Origin: Octopus bimaculoides
Lineage: Eukaryota
DNA length: 36,317 nt
Assembly: GCF_001194135.2 (NCBI RefSeq)
Contig: NC_068982.1
Span: 23,237,713-23,274,029 of the forward strand
Reading direction: 5' to 3'
Below are positions 34,877 to 36,317 of this stretch, piece by piece (position 1 is the first letter of the stretch; each line of letters begins with the position of its first letter). The position numbers and the translations under genes are program-made. The notes under the pieces were generated by a model, which made no database searches, was not told the DNA's origin, and saw only the letters and a list, made by a program, of their open reading frames with translations.

Positions 34877-36222
34877 NNNNNNNNNNNNNNNNNNNNNNNN
34901 NNNNNNNNNNNNNNNNNNNNNNNNNNNNNNNNNNNNNNNNNNNNNNNNNNNNNNNNNNNNNNNNNNNNNNNNNNNNNNNNNNNNNNNNNNNNNNNNNNNN
35001 NNNNNNNNNNNNNNNNNNNNNNNNNNNNNNNNNNNNNNNNNNNNNNNNNNNNNNNNNNNNNNNNNNNNNNNNNNNNNNNNNNNNNNNNATATATATATAT
35101 ATATATACATATATATATAGGATTAAATATAAACACAACAAACGGAAAATATATACACGTGCACACTTGGATGCTTATGACATAACCTAAACCCACTCAG
35201 ACATCTCTCACGCAACATAAATTTGTAGTACCAGATATGAATTCATAGAATCCTGTGACGATCGCCGAAATCCCCTCCAGTGGACCCGCTTGTCATACGA
35301 CATATTAAGCCAAAATATTTAAAAATTATTTGCGAAAGCTTTAATATATATTATCTTAGATTTATCGCATGCTTCTAAAACATACCATGTTGCGCCAAAA
35401 TATTTATTAATTATTTAATCATACACTTGATGACCGAAAGGTATGAAAACAAGTTTGTTTTGGTTGTAATAGCGATTGACAACAATTTCTCGTCAGAATA
35501 AAGATGAAAAGATGCTGCTCCTCTTACGAGGGTGAAAGTAATGTGAAAGTATATTCGAATAATAGACATTTTTCTTGCTGTTTGGAAAGAAAATACCGAG
35601 ATATATTCTTTATGTTAAACTCATAACAACAATAAGTTTAAACAAACCCAAAAAATTTCAATTATTTTAAAACAGTCTTATGTTACCAATAAACGCTTTG
35701 CTGGGCAAAAATATTTGTTATTAATCAAGCCGACGACCAATGAGAACTACGTAAATTAGATTAGCCGTTACAGCTAATTTCTGTTTGTTGGTGAAATAAT
35801 GACAGTCATATACATTCATAGGAAATGAAAACTATGCGGATGTGCTTGTGATTGTGTGTGAGGTCAATGAACGGCAAATTATTTCAAAATGATTTTCATT
35901 AGCTTTTCTCTTTGCGACAGGAATAAATAACAACATAAGTATATATATTTGTATGTATGTATGTGTGAATATCTGTGAGCTTGTGTTTACGCGCGCGCGC
36001 GTGTGTATGAGTTAGTGTGGCTGTGTCTCCTTTCGTGTGCGCTATTGTGTGTATGTCTGTGTATGAACATAAATAGTTTTCAGTAATATAGAGAATATTG
36101 GTTTTTGTCCAAATCCATTAGTGGTAGTGCTCAAAACAGCATAGTATCGCATTTTGAGAGATTAATATACATGCAATAATAATAATAATAATAATAGCGT
36201 GTATATGCATGTATATGTACAT

Positions 36223-36268
<46 letters not shown>

Positions 36269-36317
36269 GTATCTATACAATTATGTATATATATGTATAT
36301 AAGTGTGTATATATATA

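Larger units (their letters stand above)
3469..35088. other. 15 assembly gaps (N runs, ~5.7 kb), nearly all bordered by (TA)n, (GA)n or (CA)n
   Basis: Gaps at 3469-3492, 3940-4223, 10286-10399, 16073-16588, 19141-19633, 22421-22807, 25086-25314, 26471-26663, 27557-27914, 28457-29001, 29698-29707, 30218-31035, 31995-32760, 33287-34027, 34877-35088. Confidence 0.98.

Noticed and set aside
3747-35196. Long ORFs in the track made of X runs or YI/SL/ER/THTH/poly-Y,N,I,L,S,H repeats
   Set aside because: They are translations of N-gaps and microsatellites with no protein signal.
35424-35452. TTGATGACCGAAAGGTATGAAAAC as a hammerhead
   Set aside because: C3 is missing and there are extra bases before GAAA; more likely a decayed SINE core fragment.
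35525-35545. TA|CGAGGGTGAAAG mariner-like TIR start
   Set aside because: No partner TIR or transposase sequence found.

Overview
This is AT-rich eukaryotic (animal) DNA, dense in microsatellites, with 15 N-gaps totalling about 5.7 kb (~16%). The microsatellite load and SINE types suggest a coleoid cephalopod such as Octopus; this is inference from remembered repeat families, not a database hit. I found no intact protein-coding gene, host exon, tRNA/rRNA gene or CRISPR array, so the window reads as intergenic or deep intronic DNA made of decayed mobile elements. Elements recognised: a Tx1/L1 LINE remnant, several tRNA-derived SINEs (one with a perfect 20-bp TSD), Tc1 and mariner remnants, mariner- and hAT-type MITEs, and a near-perfect foldback MITE in (TA)n. 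Also present are three R4/Dong-clade fragments abutting (TAA)n, CR1 fragments, an internally deleted Helitron with an intact 3' hairpin+CTAG end, and a small Penelope RT fragment. The most interesting signals are three minimal type-I hammerhead ribozyme motifs with palindromic helix III, the form known from Penelope-like elements (PLEs). The one at 10481-10558 (-) has an intact core; the other two are degenerate. Other points of interest are a pure microsatellite flanked by a 10-bp duplication inside the Helitron helicase, a Dong element nested in the (AAT)n of a probable ribozyme-bearing SINE, and a ~120-bp-arm inverted repeat. All alignments and folds were done by eye.
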